A stretch of 64,000 nucleotides of DNA from Lingula anatina (taxonomy: Eukaryota > Animalia > Brachiopoda): positions 33,933,967-33,997,966 of the forward strand of contig CM120640.1 in the NCBI GenBank assembly GCA_051362555.1, read 5' to 3'. This document shows positions 39,701 through 55,500 of the stretch, piece after piece; the first letter of the stretch is position 1; each line of letters begins with the position of its first letter. Under the pieces are notes generated by a model that was not told the origin of the DNA, ran no database searches, and saw only the letters and a program-made list of their open reading frames with translations. The translations under genes were made by a program, and so were the position numbers.

Positions 39701-40567
39701 TTCACTCTGTCAACAGGTAAATCAAATATTTTTTATCTGGATTTATCATAAATGAAAACTTTCAGACTATTATAACTGAGATCCAATAAAGCTATTTTCA
39801 CACACAGTTACCTAGTTTGTTCTTTTTATGCTGTTGTTTTTATATGTAAATTTATGTGTTTCTGCTTGTTTTGTATTATATTTGTAATAGAAAAAAAGAG
39901 GTTAGTAATATGAAAATGAGCAGTGTGATAGCTTATAAACTTGAGAAGCAGATGTGAGACACATGAAATGACAGAATGGAGAAACATTCACAGCACCACT
40001 GCCTGGGATTTTCAGTCTACCTTTTAACTGAAGTGTGTTTATATAAAACTATATCCATTTCTGTAATAGATATTAATGATTGTGAACCAAATCCTTGTGC
40101 CAACGGTGGGACCTGCACGGATCATATCATGAACTACACATGCTCATGTGCAACTGGGTATAGTGGGAAAAACTGTGAAATAGGTACGTGCTTTTTTACT
40201 TTGAAAAAAATCTATATTTATGCAAATTCTCATTGGTAAAAATGCATAGAACAATATACATGTGGATGACAAGTTAATAGCCAGGTCAAGTGATCTAGTT
40301 CCTTCTTTGTTGACTTTTTGCACCAAATTTTGTGCTTTTTCACATTAAATAATTCTTACATGTATTGCAATTCTTGAAACAAGTAAGCAGCTATAGAATT
40401 GGTACCCTAATACTTCCTAGATAGTTGTTCTTAAAATATCCAAGAAAGACTGGTCATGATATTAACTTTTGGAGATGTTTTTACTCAAACTATGAATAAT
40501 TTATTCATTCTTCACATTTTGAACAATGAATACTCCAGGGGCTGGCACTGTGAGTCATCTTTCCTCA

Positions 40568-40598
<31 letters not shown>

Positions 40599-43500
40599 AT
40601 AACAAAAGCCAAACATTTTTCCTAGCGCTGCCATGCATTTCATCAGTTATTTTCTGTTTGACTGGTTTATATATATTTTGTAGACATAGATGATTGCGCT
40701 GAAAATCCCTGTAAAAATGGTGGCACTTGCACAGACTTGGTGGCAGCCTATGAATGTTCTTGTCCAGGAGGTTTTACTGGGAAAGACTGCGAAACCAGTA
40801 AGTGACTGTCACTGGCTGAAGCCACTAATACATGCTCATGTACAAACACACATGTTGAAACAAGCTTAGTGGTTGTTCCCTTTTGTAAAACCCATTAGCA
40901 TAAATACTGATATGCAAGCATGTAGGAAACAAATTTAAGTTAGGGCCTTATCCATGGAAGTCGCTTTACCTCCACCCCTTTCCTTCTATACTTCTGACTG
41001 AAGGAAGCATTTAAGTCATTGTTTATCAAGAATCTTATTTTCTCTTACTCATATATATTTAAGACATTGATGATTGTGAACACAACCACTGTTCCAATGG
41101 CGGCACCTGTGTAGATTTAGTTATGGACTTCCTATGCACCTGCACACCAGGCTATACGGGGAGACATTGCGAAAACAGTAAGTCTGTGTAAATGTAGATG
41201 GGATGGAATTTCAAAAAGATTTTCCACATTTAAAGAGGCTTTTGGTTAGATTTATTGGTTTAGCATTCCACTTACTTTATTTTAATTTGGGGATGTTTAT
41301 AGTTTAAGAAAATATATATGTGCTAAAACTTTTGCTGAAATTGTTACAGGCTTTTTTGTAAGTGACTATGGTTTCCACTGATAATGCATTTAACACACAT
41401 CATAATACCAAAACACTGTTTTATTATCTGTTGCAGATATAGATGACTGCGATCCATATCCATGTGTCAATGATGGAAACTGTACTGATCTGGTTCAGGA
41501 TTACACATGCACTTGTCTGGCAGGGTATACTGGGAAAAACTGTGAAATTGGTAAGAGTTATGAAGTATACATGTCTCGATATTTCATCACTTACTCTGAA
41601 AGGTGGGCACACCAAATTAATATTCTAAATAGATTACTTTTGGTGTACAGAGATTTACAAGCAATTAAACCTATGAGAGTATACCTTAGAAAATAAGTAA
41701 ATACATGTACATTACTACGAAGGATATTTCATGGTATTTATGTTAATTTCAGACATTGATGACTGTGCTGAGAAGCCTTGTAAAAATGATGCTACATGCA
41801 TTGACTTGGTGGCCTCATATAGATGCATATGTCTGCCAGGTTTTACTGGGAAAGACTGTGAAACAAGTAAGTAGCAAAATATGCCTGTTTTGAAATTGGA
41901 TCATGGCTCTTTTTGAATAAATTACTTTAATTTGAAATCATTTGTTAAAACCACAAGGCTAGTTTTTTGTCTGTAATGTTTTTATATGATTTTTGTTTTA
42001 GATATAGACGACTGCGATCCAGATCCATGTGTCAATGGTGGAAACTGTACTGATCTGGTTCAGGATTACACATGCACTTGTCTGGCAGGGTATACTGGGA
42101 AAAACTGTGAAATTGGTAAGAATTATGATGTATACATGCCTTGTTATTTCATTAGTTTATGTGAAAGGTGGGCACACCATTGTATTGGCCTTCAGTCTAA
42201 ATAGATTACTTATGGTGAAGAGATATTTATGAGCAATTGAAGCTTTGAGTCAATATCTTGGAAATGGGTAAATACACGTGCATTTCTACCCATATATTTC
42301 ATAGTATTTAATCCTTTTTTCAGATATTGATAACTGTGCTGAGCAGCCCTGTAAAAATGATGCTACATGCATTGACTTGGTGGCCGCATATAGATGCATA
42401 TGTCTGCCAGGTTTTACTGGGAAAGACTGTGAAACGAGTAAGTAGCAAAATATGCCTGTTTTGAAATGGGATCATGGCTCTTTTTGAGAAAATTACTTTA
42501 ATTTGAAATCATTTGTTAAAACCACAAGGCTAGTTTTTTGTCTGTAATGTATATGATTTTTGTTTTAGATATAGACGACTGCGATCCAGATCCATGTGTC
42601 AATGGTGGAAACTGTACTGATCTGGTCCAGGATTACACATGCACTTGTCCAGCAGGGTATACTGGGAAAAACTGTGAAATTGGTAAGAGTTATGAAGTAT
42701 ACAAGTCTTGATATTTCATCACTTACTCTGAAAGGTGGGCACACCAAATTAATATTCTAAATAGATTACTTTTGGTTTACAGAAATTTACAAGCAATTAA
42801 ACCTATGAGAGTATACCTTAGAAAATAAGTAAATACATGTACATTACTGCGAAGGATGTTTCATGGTATTTATGTTAATTTCAGACATTGATGACTGTGC
42901 TGAGAAGCCTTGTAAAAATGATGCTACATGCATTGACTTGGTGGCCTCATATAGATGCATATGTCTGCCAGGTTTTACTGGGAAAGACTGTGAAACGAGT
43001 AAGTAGCAAAATATGCCTGTTTTGAAATGGGATCATGGCTCTTTTTGATAAAATTACTTTAATTTGAAATCATTTGTTAAAACCACAAGGCTAGTTTTTT
43101 GTCTGTAATGTGTTTATATGAATGTTGTTTTAGATATAGACGACTGCGATCCAGATCCATGTGTCAATGATGGAAACTGTACTGATCTGGTTCAGGATTA
43201 CACATGCACTTGTCCGGCAGGGTATACTGGGAAAAACTGTGAAATTGGTAAGAGTTATGAAGTATACATGTCTCGATATTATCACTTACTCTGAAAGGTG
43301 GGCACACCAAATTAATATTGTAAATAGATTACTTTTGGTTTACAGAGATTTACAAGCAATTAAACTTATGAGAGTATACCTTAGAAAATAAGTAAATACA
43401 TGTACATTACTACGAAGGATGTTTCATGGTATTTATGTTAATTTCAGACATTGATGACTGTGCTGAGAAGCCCTGTAAAAATGATGCTACATGCATTGAC

Positions 43501-46500
43501 TTGGTGGCCGCATATAGATGCATATGTCTGCCAGGTTTTACTGGGAAAGACTGTGAAACGAGTAAGTAGCAAAACATGCCTGTTTTGAAATGGGATCATG
43601 GCTCTTTTTGAGAAAATTACTTTAATTTGAAATCATTTGTTAAAACCACAAAGCTAGTTTTTGTTTGTAATGTTTTTATATGATTTTTGTTTTAGATATA
43701 GACGACTGCGATCCAGATCCATGTATCAATGGTGGAAACTGTACTGATCTGGTTCAGGATTACACATGCACTTGTTTGGCAGGGTATACTGGGAAGAACT
43801 GTGAAATTGGTAAGAATTATGATGTATACATGCCTTATTATTTCATTAGTTGATGTGAAAGGTGGGCACACCATTTTATTAGCCTTAAGTCTAAATAGAT
43901 TACTTATGGTGAAGAGATATTTATGAGCAATTGAAGCTTTGAGTCAATACCTTGGAAATGGGTAAATACATGTGCATTTCTACCCATATATTTCATGGTA
44001 TTTAATCCTTTTTTCAGATATTGATAACTGTGCTGAGCAGCCCTGTAAAAATGATGCTACATGCATTGACTTGGTGGCCGCATATAGATGCATATGTCTG
44101 CCAGGTTTTACTGGGAAAGACTGTGAAACGAGTAAGTAGCAAAATATGCCTGTTTTTAAATGGGATCATGGCTCTTTTTGAGAAAATTACTTTAATTTGA
44201 AATCATTTGTTAAAACCACAAGGCTAGTTTTTTTGTCTGTAATGTGTTTATATGATTTTTGTTTTAGATATAGACGACTGCGATCCAGATCCATGTGTCA
44301 ATGGTGGAAACTGTACTGATCTGGTTCAGGATTACACATGCACTTGTCCAGCAGGGTATACTGGGAAAAACTGTGAAATTGGTAAGAGTTATGAAGTATA
44401 CATGTCTCGATATTTCATCACTTGCTCTGAGAGGTGGGCACACCAAATTAATGTTCTAAATAGATTACTTTTGGTGTACAGAGATTTACAAGCAATTAAA
44501 CCTACGAGAGTATACCTTAGAAAATAAGTAAATACATGTACATTACTACGAAGGATGTTTCATGGTATTTATGTTAATTTCAGACATTGATGACTGTGCT
44601 GAGAAGCCTTGTAAAAATGATGCTACATGCATTGACTTGGTGGCCTCATATAGATGCATATGTCTGCCAGGTTTTACTGGGAAAGACTGTGAAACGAGTA
44701 AGTAGCAAAACATGCCTGTTTTGAAATTGGATCATGGCTCTTTTTGAGAAAATTACTTTAACTTGAAATCATATGTTAAATACCACAAGGCTAGTTTTTT
44801 GTCTGTAATGTGTTTATATGATTTTTGTTTTAGATATAGACGACTGCGATCCATATCCATGTGTCAATGGTGGAAACTGTACTGATCTGGTTCAGGATTA
44901 CACATGCACTTGTCTGGCAGGGTATACTGGGAAAAACTGTGAAACTGGTAAGAATTATGATGTATACATGCCTTGTTATTTCATTAGTTGATGTGAAAGG
45001 TGGGCACACCATTTTATTGGCCTTAAGTCTAAATAGATTACTTATGGTGAAGAGATATTTATGAGCAATTGAAGCTTTGAGTCAATACCTTGGAAATGGG
45101 TAAATACATGTGCATTTCTACCCATATATTTCATGGTATTTAATCCTTTTTTCAGATATTGATAACTGTGCAGAGCAGCCCTGTAAAAATGATGCTACAT
45201 GCATTGACTTGGTGGCCGCATATAGATGCATATGTCTGCCAGGTTTTACTGGGAAAGACTGTGAAACGAGTAAGTAGCAAAATATGCCTGTTTTGAAATG
45301 GGATCATGGCTCTTTTTGAGAAAATTACTTTAATTTGAAATCATTTGTTAAAACCACAAGGCTAGTTTTTTGTCAGTAATGTATATGATTTTTGTTTTAG
45401 ATATAGATGACTGCGATCCAGATCCATGTGTCAATGGTGGAAACTGTACTGATCTGGTCCAGGATTACACATGCACTTGTCCAGCAGGGTATACTGGGAA
45501 AAACTGTGAAATTGGTAAGAGTTATGAAGTATACAAGTCTCGATATTTCATCACTTACTCTGAAAGGTGGGCACACCAAATTAATGTTCTAATTAGATTA
45601 CTTTTGGTTTACAGAAATTTACAAGCAATTAAACCTATGAGAGTATACCTTAGAAAATAAGTAAATACATGTACATTACTACGAAGGATGTTTCATGGTA
45701 TTTATGTTAATTTCAGACATTGATGACTGTGCTGAGAAGCCTTGTAAAAATGATGCTACATGCATTGACTTGGTGGCCTCATATAGATGCATATGTCTGC
45801 CAGGTTTTACTGGGAAAGACTGTGAAACGAGTAAGTAGCAAAACATGCCTGTTTTGAAATGGGATCATGGCTCTTTTTGAGAAAATTACTTTAATTTGAA
45901 ATCATTTGTTAAAACCACAAGGCTAGTTTTTGTCTGTAATGTTTTTATATGATTTTTGTTTTAGATATAGATGACTGCGATCCATATCCATGTGTCAATG
46001 GTGGAAACTGTACTGATCTGGTTCAGGATTACACATGCACTTGTCTGGCAGGGTATACTGGGAAAAACTGTGAAATTGGTAAAAATTATGATGTATACAT
46101 GCCTTTTTATTTTATTAGTTGATGTGAAAGGTGGGCACACCATTTTATTGGCCTTAAGTCTAAATAGATTACTTATGGTGAAGAGATATTTATGAGCTAT
46201 TGAAGCTTTGAGTCAATACCTTGGAAATGGGTAAATACACGTGCATTTCTACCCATATATTTCATGGTATTTAATCCTTTTTCAGATATTGATAACTGTG
46301 CTGAGCAGCCCTGTAAAAATGATGCTACATGTATTGACTTGGTGGCCGCATATAGATGCATATGTCTGCCAGGTTTTACTGGGAAAGACTGTGAAACGAG
46401 TAAGTAGCAAAATATGCCTGTTTTGAAATGGGATCATGGCTCTTTTTGAGAAAATTACTTTAATTTGAAATCATTTGTTAAAACCACAATGCTAGTTTTT

Positions 46501-49500
46501 TTGCCTGTAATGTGTTTATATGATTTTTGTTTTAGATAAAGATGACTGCGATCCAGATCCATGTGTCAATGGTGGAAACTGTACTGATCTGGTTCAGGAT
46601 TACACATGCACTTGTCCGGCAGGGTATACTGGGAAAAACTGTGAAATTGGTAAGAGTTATGAAGTATACATGTCTTGATATTTCATCACTTACTCTGAAA
46701 GGTGGGCACACCAAATTAATATTCTAAATAGATTACTTTTGGTTTACAGAGATTTACAAGCAATTAAACCTATGAGAGTATACCTTAGAAAATAAGTAAA
46801 TACATGTACATTACTACGAAGGATGTTTCATGGTATTTATGTTAATTTCAGACATTGATGACTGTGCTGAGAAGCCTTGTAAAAATGATGCTACATGCAT
46901 TGACTTGGTGGCCTCATATAGATGCATATGTCTGCCAGGTTTTACTGGGAAAGACTGTGAAACGAGTAAGTAGCAAAATATGCCTGTTTTGAAATGGGAT
47001 CATGGCTATTTTTGAGAAAATTACTTTAATTTGAAATCATTTGTTAAAACCACAAGGCTAGTTTTTTGTCTGTAATGTGTTTATATGATTTTTGTTTTAG
47101 ATATAGATGACTGCGATCCATATCCATGTCTCAATGATGGAAACTGTACTGATCTGGTTCAGGATTACACATGCACTTGTCTGGCAGGGTATACTGGGAA
47201 AAACTGTGAAATTGGTAAGAATTATGATGTATACATGCCTTGTTATTTCATTAGTTGATGTGAAAGGTTGGCACATCATTTTATTAGCCTTTTGTCTAAA
47301 TAGATTACTTATGGTGAAGATATATTTATGAGCAATTGAAGCTTTGAGTCAAAACCTTAGAAATGGGTTAATACACTCGCATTTCTACCCATATATTTCA
47401 TGGTATTTAATCCTTTTTTCAGATATTGATAACTGTGCTGAGCAGCCCTGTAAAAATGATGCTACATGTATTGACTTGGTGGGCGCATATAGATGCATAT
47501 GTCTGCCAGGTTTTACTGGGAAAGACTGTGAAACCAGTAAGTAGTAAAGTATACTCTTTCTAAAATGGGATCATCGCTATTTATGAGAAAATTACTTTCA
47601 TTTGAAATCATTTCTCATAACCAGGAGGTTAGTTATTTCTCTGAAATGTGTTTATATGATTTTTTTTTAGATATAGATGACTGCGATACAGATCCATGTG
47701 TCAATGGTGGAAACTGTACTGATCTAGTCCTGGATTACACATGCACTTGTCCAGCAGGGTATACTGGGAAAAACTGTGAAATTGGTAAAATTATGAAGTA
47801 TACATGTCTTGATATTTCATCACTTACTCTGAAAGGTGGGCACACCAAATTAATATTCTAAATAGATTACTTTTGGTGTACAGAGATTTACAAGCAATTA
47901 AACCTATGAGAGTATACCTTAGAAAATAAGTAAATACATGTACATTACTACGAAGGATGTTTCATGGTATTTATGTTAATTTCAGACATTGATGACTGTG
48001 CTGAGAAGCCTTGTAAAAATGATGCTACATGCATTGACTTGGTGGCCTCATATAGATGCATATGTCTGCCAGGTTTTACTGGGAAAGACTGTGAAACAAG
48101 TAAGTAGCAAAATATGCCTGTTTTGAAATGGGATCATGGCTCTTTTTGAGAAAATTACTTTAATTTGAAATCATTTGTTAAAACCACAAGGCTAGTTTTT
48201 TGTCTGTAATGTTTTTATATGATTTTTGTTTTAGATATAGACGACTGCGATCCAGATCCATGTGTCAATGGTGGAAACTGTACTGATCTGGTTCAGGATT
48301 ACACATGCACTTGTCTGGCAGGGTATACTGGGAAAAACTGTGAAATTGGTAAAAATTATGATGTATACATGCCTTGTTATTTTATTAGTTGATGTGAAAG
48401 GTGGGCACACCATTTTATTGGCCTTAAGTCTAAATAGATTACTTATGGTGAAGAGATATTTATGAGCAATTGAAGCTTTGAGTCAATACTTTGAAAATGG
48501 GTAAATACATGTGCATTTCTACCCATATATTTCATGGTATTTAATCCTTTTTTCAGATATTGATAACTGTGCTGAGCAGCCCTGTAAAAATGATGCTACA
48601 TGCATTGACATGGTGGCCGCATATAGATGCATATGTCTGCCAGGTTTTACTGGGAAAGACTGTGAAACGAGTAAGTAGCAAAATATGCCTGTTTTGAAAT
48701 GGGATCATGGCTCTTTTTGAGAAAATTACTTTAATTTGAAATCATTTATTAAAACCACAAGGCTAGTTTTTTGTCTGTAATGTGTTTATATGATTTTTGT
48801 TTTAGATATAGACGACTGCGATCCATATCCATGTGTCAATGGTGGAAACTGTACTGATCTGGTTCAGGATTACACATGCACTTGTCCAGCAGGGTATACT
48901 GGGAAAAACTGTGAAATTGGTAAGAGTTATGAAGTATACATGTCTCGATATTTCATCACTTACTCTGAAAGGTGGGCACACCAAATTAATATTGTAAATA
49001 GATTACTTTTGGTTTACAGAGATTTACAAGCAATTAAACTTATGAGAGTATACCTTAGAAAATAAGTAAATACATGTACATTACTACGAAGGATGTTTCA
49101 TGGTATTTATGTTAATTTCAGACATTGATGACTGTGCTGAGAAGCCCTGTAAAAATGATGCTACATGCATTGACTTGGTGGCCGCATATAGATGCATATG
49201 CCTGCCAGGTTTTACTGGGAAAGACTGTGAAATGAGTAAGTAGCAAAACATGCCTGTTTTGAAATGGGATCATGGCTCTTTTTGAGAAAATTACTTTAAT
49301 TTGAAATCATTTGTTAAAACCACAAAGCTAGTTTTTGTCTGTAATGTTTTTATATGATTTTTGTTTTAGATATAGACGACTGCGATCCAGATCCATGTAT
49401 CAATGGTGGAAACTGTACTGATCTGGTTCAGGATTACACATGCACTTGTCTGGCAGGGTATACTGGGAAGAACTGTGAAATTGGTAAGAATTATGATGTA

Positions 49501-52500
49501 TACATGCCTTGTTATTTCATTAGTTGATGTGAAAGGTGGGCACACCATTTTATTAGCCTTAAGTCTAAATAGATTACTTATGGTGAAGAGATATTTATGA
49601 GCAATTGAAGCTTTGAGTCAATACCTTGGAAATGGGTAAATACATGTGCATTTCTACCCATATATTTCATGGTATTTAATCCTTTTTTCAGATATTGATA
49701 ACTGTGCTGAGCAGCCCTGTAAAAATGATGCTACATGCATTGACTTGGTGGCCGCATATAGATGCATATGTCTGCCAGGTTTTACTGGGAAAGACTGTGA
49801 AACGAGTAAGTAGCAAAATATGCCTGTTTTGAAATGGGATCATGGCTCTTTTTGAGAAAATTACTTTAATTTGAAATCATTTGTTAAAACCACAAGGCTA
49901 GTTTTTTTGTCTGTAATGTGTTTATATGATTTTTGTTTTAGATATAGACGACTGCGATCCAGATCCATGTGTCAATGGTGGAAACTGTACTGATCTGGTT
50001 CAGGATTACACATGCACTTGTCCAGCAGGGTATACTGGGAAAAACTGTGAAATTGGTAAGAGTTATGAAGTATACATGTCTTGATATTTCATCACTTGCT
50101 CTGAGAGGTGGGCACACCAAATTAATGTTCTAAATAGAATACTTTTGGTGTACAGAGATTTACAAGCAATTAAACCTACGAGAGTATACCTTAGAAAATA
50201 AGTAAATACATGTACATTACTACGAAGGATGTTTCATGGTATTTATGTTAATTTCAGACATTGATGACTGTGCTGAGAAGCCTTGTAAAAATGATGCTAC
50301 ATGCATTGACTTGGTGGCCTCATATAGATGCATATGTCTGCCAGGTTTTACTGGGAAAGACTGTGAAACGAGTAAGTAGCAAAACATGCCTGTTTTGAAA
50401 TTGGATCATGGCTCTTTTTGAGAAAATTACTTTAATTTGAAATCATTTGTTAAAACCACAAGGCTAGTTTTTTGTCTGTAATGTGTTTATATGATTTTTG
50501 TTTTAGATATAGACGACTGCGATCCAGATCCATGTGTCAATGGTGGAAACTGTACTGATCTGGTTCAGGATTACACATGCACTTGTCTGGCAGGGTATAC
50601 TGGGAAGAACTGTGAAATTGGTAAGAATTATGATGTATACATGTCTTGATATTTCATTAGTTGATGTGAAAGGTGGGCACACCATTTTATTGGCCTTAAG
50701 TCTAAATAGATTACTTATGGTGAAGAGATATTTATGAGCAATTGAAGCTTTGAGTCAATACCTTGGAAATGGGTAAATACATGTGCATTTCTACCCATAT
50801 ATTTCATGGTATTTAATCCTTTTTTCAGATATTGATAACTGTGCTGAGCAGCCCTGTAAAAATGATGCTACATGCATTGACTTGGTGGCCGCATATAGAT
50901 GCATATGTCTGCCAGGTTTTACTGGGAAAGACTGTGAAACGAGTAAGTAGCAAAATATGCCTGTTTTGAAATGGGATCATGGCTCTTTTTGAGAAAATTA
51001 CTTTAATTTGAAATCATTTGTTAAAACCACAAGGCTAATTTTTTTGTCTGTAATGTGTTTATATGATTTTTGTTTTAGATATAGACGACTGCGATCCAGA
51101 TCCATGTGTCAATGGTGGAAACTGTACTGATCTGGTTCAGGATTACACATGCACTTGTCCAGCAGGGTATACTGGGAAAAACTGTGAAATTGGTAAGAGT
51201 TATGAAGTATACATGTCTCGATATTTCATCACTTACTCTGAGAGGTGGGCACACCAAATTAATGTTCTAAATAGATTACTTTTGGTTTACAGAGATTTAC
51301 AAGCAATTAAACCTACGAGAGTATACCTTAGAAAATAAGTAAATACATGTACATTACTACGAAGGATGTTTCATGGTATTTATGTTAATTTCAGACATTG
51401 ATGACTGTGCTGAGAAGCCTTGTAAAAATGATGCTACATGCATTGACTTGGTGGCCTCATATAGATGCATATGTCTGCCAGGTTTTACTGGGAAAGACTG
51501 TGAAACGAGTAAGTAGCAAAACATGCCTGTTTTGAAATTGGATCATGGCTCTTTTTGAGAAAATTACTTTAATTTGAAATCATTTGTTAAAACCACAAGG
51601 CTAGTTTTTTGTCTGTAATGTTTTTATATGATTTTTGTTTTAGATATAGACGACTGCGATCCAGATCCATGTATCAATGGTGGAAACTGTACTGATCTGG
51701 TTCAGGATTACACATGCACTTGTCTGGCAGGGTATACTGGGAAGAACTGTGAAATTGGTAAGAATTATGATGTATACATGTCTTGATATTTCATTAGTTG
51801 ATGTGAAAGGTGGGCACACCATTTTATTGGCCTTAAGTCTAAATAGATTACTTATGGTGAAGAGATATTTATGAGCAATTGAAGCTTTGAGTCAATACCT
51901 TGGAAATGGGTAAATACATGTGCATTTCTACCCATATATTTCATGGTATTTAATCCTTTTTTCAGATATTGATAACTGTGCTGAGCAGCCCTGTAAAAAT
52001 GATGCTACATGCATTGACTTGGTGGCCGCATATAGATGCATATGTCTGCCAGGTTTTACTGGGAAAGACTGTGAAACGAGTAAGTAGCAAAATATGCCTG
52101 TTTTGAAATGGGATCATGGCTCTTTTTGAGAAAATTACTTTAATTTGAAATCATTTGTTAAAACCACAAGGCTAATTTTTTTGTCTGTAATGTGTTTATA
52201 TGATTTTTGTTTTAGATATAGACGACTGCGATCCAGATCCATGTGTCAATGGTGGAAACTGTACTGATCTGGTTCAGGATTACACATGCACTTGTCCAGC
52301 AGGGTATACTGGGAAAAACTGTGAAATTGGTAAGAGTTATGAAGTATACATGTCTCGATATTTCATCACTTACTCTGAGAGGTGGGCACACCAAATTAAT
52401 GTTCTAAATAGATTACTTTTGGTTTACAGAGATTTACAAGCAATTAAACCTATGAGAGTATACCTTAGAAAATAAGTAAATACATGTACATTACTACGAA

Positions 52501-55500
52501 GGATGTTTCATGGTATTTATGTTAATTTCAGACATTGATGACTGTGCTGAGAAGCCTTGTAAAAATGATGCTACATGCATTGACTTGGTGGCCTCATATA
52601 GATGCATATGTCTGCCAGGTTTTACTGGGAAAGACTGTGAAACGAGTAAGTAGCAAAACATGCCTGTTTTGAAATTGGATCATGGCTCTTTTTGAGAAAA
52701 TTACTTTAATTTGAAATCATTTGTTAAAACCACAAGGCTAGTTTTTTGTCTGTAATGTTTTTATATGATTTTTGTTTTAGATATAGACGACTGCGATCCA
52801 GATCCATGTATCAATGGTGGAAACTGTACTGATCTGGTTCAGGATTACACATGCACTTGTCTGGCAGGGTATACTGGGAAGAACTGTGAAATTGGTAAGA
52901 ATTATGATGTATACATGTCTTGATATTTCATTAGTTGATGTGAAAGGTGGGCACACCATTTTATTGGCCTTAAGTCTAAATAGATTACTTATGGTGAAGA
53001 GATATTTATGAGCAATTGAAGCTTTGAGTCAATACCTTGGAAATGGGTAAATACATGTGCATTTCTACCCATATATTTCATGGTATTTAATCCTTTTTTC
53101 AGATATTGATAACTGTGCTGAGCAGCCCTGTAAAAATGATGCTACATGCATTGACTTGGTGGCCGCATATAGATGCATATGTCTGCCAGGTTTTACTGGG
53201 AAAGACTGTGAAACGAGTAAGTAGCAAAATATGCCTGTTTTGAAATGGGATCATGGCTCTTTTTGAGAAAATTACTTTAATTTGAAATCATTTGTTAAAA
53301 CCACAAGGCTAGTTTTTTTGTCTGTAATGTGTTTATATGATTTTTGTTTTAGATATAGACGACTGCGATCCAGATCCATGTGTCAATGGTGGAAACTGTA
53401 CTGATCTGGTTCAGGATTACACATGCACTTGTCCAGCAGGGTATACTGGGAAAAACTGTGAAATTGGTAAGAGTTATGAAGTATACATGTCTTGATATTT
53501 AATCACTTACTCTGAAAGGTGGGCACACCAAATTAATATTCTAAATAGATTACTTTTGGTGTACAGAGATTTACAAGCAATTAAACCTATGAGAGTATAC
53601 CTTAGAAAATAAGTAAATACATGTACATTACTACGAAGGATGTTTCATGGTATTTATGTTAATTTCAGACATTGATGACTGTGCTGAGAAGCCTTGTAAA
53701 AATGATGCTACATGCATTGACTTGGTGGCCTCATATAGATGCATATGTCTGCCAGGTTTTACTGGGAAAGACTGTGAAACGAGTAAGTAGCAAAACATGC
53801 CTGTTTTGAAATTGGATCATGGCTCTTTTTGAGAAAATTACTTTAATTTGAAATCATTTGTTAAAACCACAAGGCTAGTTTTTTGTCTGTAATGCTTTAT
53901 ATGATTTTTGTTTTAGATATAGACGACTGCGATCCAGATCCATGTGTCAATGGTGGAAACTGTACTGATCTGGTTCAGGATTACACATGCACTTGTCTGG
54001 CAGGGTATACTGGGAAGAACTGTGAAATTGGTAAGAATTATGATGTATACATGTCTTGATATTTCATTAGTTGATGTGAAAGGTGGGCACACCATTTTAT
54101 TGGCCTTAAGTCTAAATAGATTACTTATGGTGAAGAGATATTTATGAGCAATTGAAGCTTTGAGTCAATATCTTGGAAATGGGTAAATACATGTGCATTT
54201 CTACCCATATATTTCATGGTATTTAATCCTTTTTTCAGATATTGATAACTGTGCTGAGCAGCCCTGTAAAAATGATGCTACATGCATTGACTTGGTGGCC
54301 GCATATAGATGCATATGTCTGCCAGGTTTTACTGGGAAAGACTGTGAAACGAGTAAGTAGCAAAATATGCCTGTTTTGAAATGGGATCATGGCTCTTTTT
54401 GAGAAAATTACTTTAATTTGAAATCATTTGTTAAAACCACAAGGCTAATTTTTTTGTCTGTAATGTGTTTATATGATTTTTGTTTTAGATATAGACGACT
54501 GCGATCCAGATCCATGTGTCAATGGTGGAAACTGTACTGATCTGGTTCAGGATTACACATGCACTTGTCCAGCAGGGTATACTGGGAAAAACTGTGAAAT
54601 TGGTAAGAGTTATGAAGTATACATGTCTCGATATTTCATCACTTACTCTGAGAGGTGGGCACACCAAATTAATGTTCTAAATAGATTACTTTTGGTGTAC
54701 AGAGATTTACAAGCAATTAAACCTATGAGAGTATACCTTAGAAAATAAGTAAATACATGTACATTACTACGAAGGATGTTTCATGGTATTTATGTTAATT
54801 TCAGACATTGATGACTGTGCTGAGAAGCCTTGTAAAAATGATGCTACATGCATTGACTTGGTGGCCTCATATAGATGCATATGTCTGCCAGGTTTTACTG
54901 GGAAAGACTGTGAAACGAGTAAGTAGCAAAACATGCCTTTTTTGAAATTGGATCATGGCTCTTTTTGAGAAAATTACTTTAATTTGAAATCATTTGTTAA
55001 AACCACAAGGCTAGTTTTTTGTCTGTAATGTTTTTATATGATTTTTGTTTTAGATATAGACGACTGCGATCCAGATCCATGTATCAATGGTGGAAACTGT
55101 ACTGATCTGGTTCAGGATTACACATGCACTTGTCTGGCAGGGTATACTGGGAAGAACTGTGAAATTGGTAAGAATTATGATGTATACATGTCTTGATATT
55201 TCATTAGTTGATGTGAAAGGTGGGCACACCATTTTATTGGCCTTAAGTCTAAATAGATTACTTATGGTGAAGAGATATTTATGAGCAATTGAAGCTTTGA
55301 GTCAATACCTTGGAAATGGGTAAATACATGTGCATTTCTACCCATATATTTCATGGTATTTAATCCTTTTTTCAGATATTGATAACTGTGCTGAGCAGCC
55401 CTGTAAAAATGATGCTACATGCATTGACTTGGTGGCCGCATATAGATGCATATGTCTGCCAGGTTTTACTGGGAAAGACTGTGAAACGAGTAAGTAGCAA

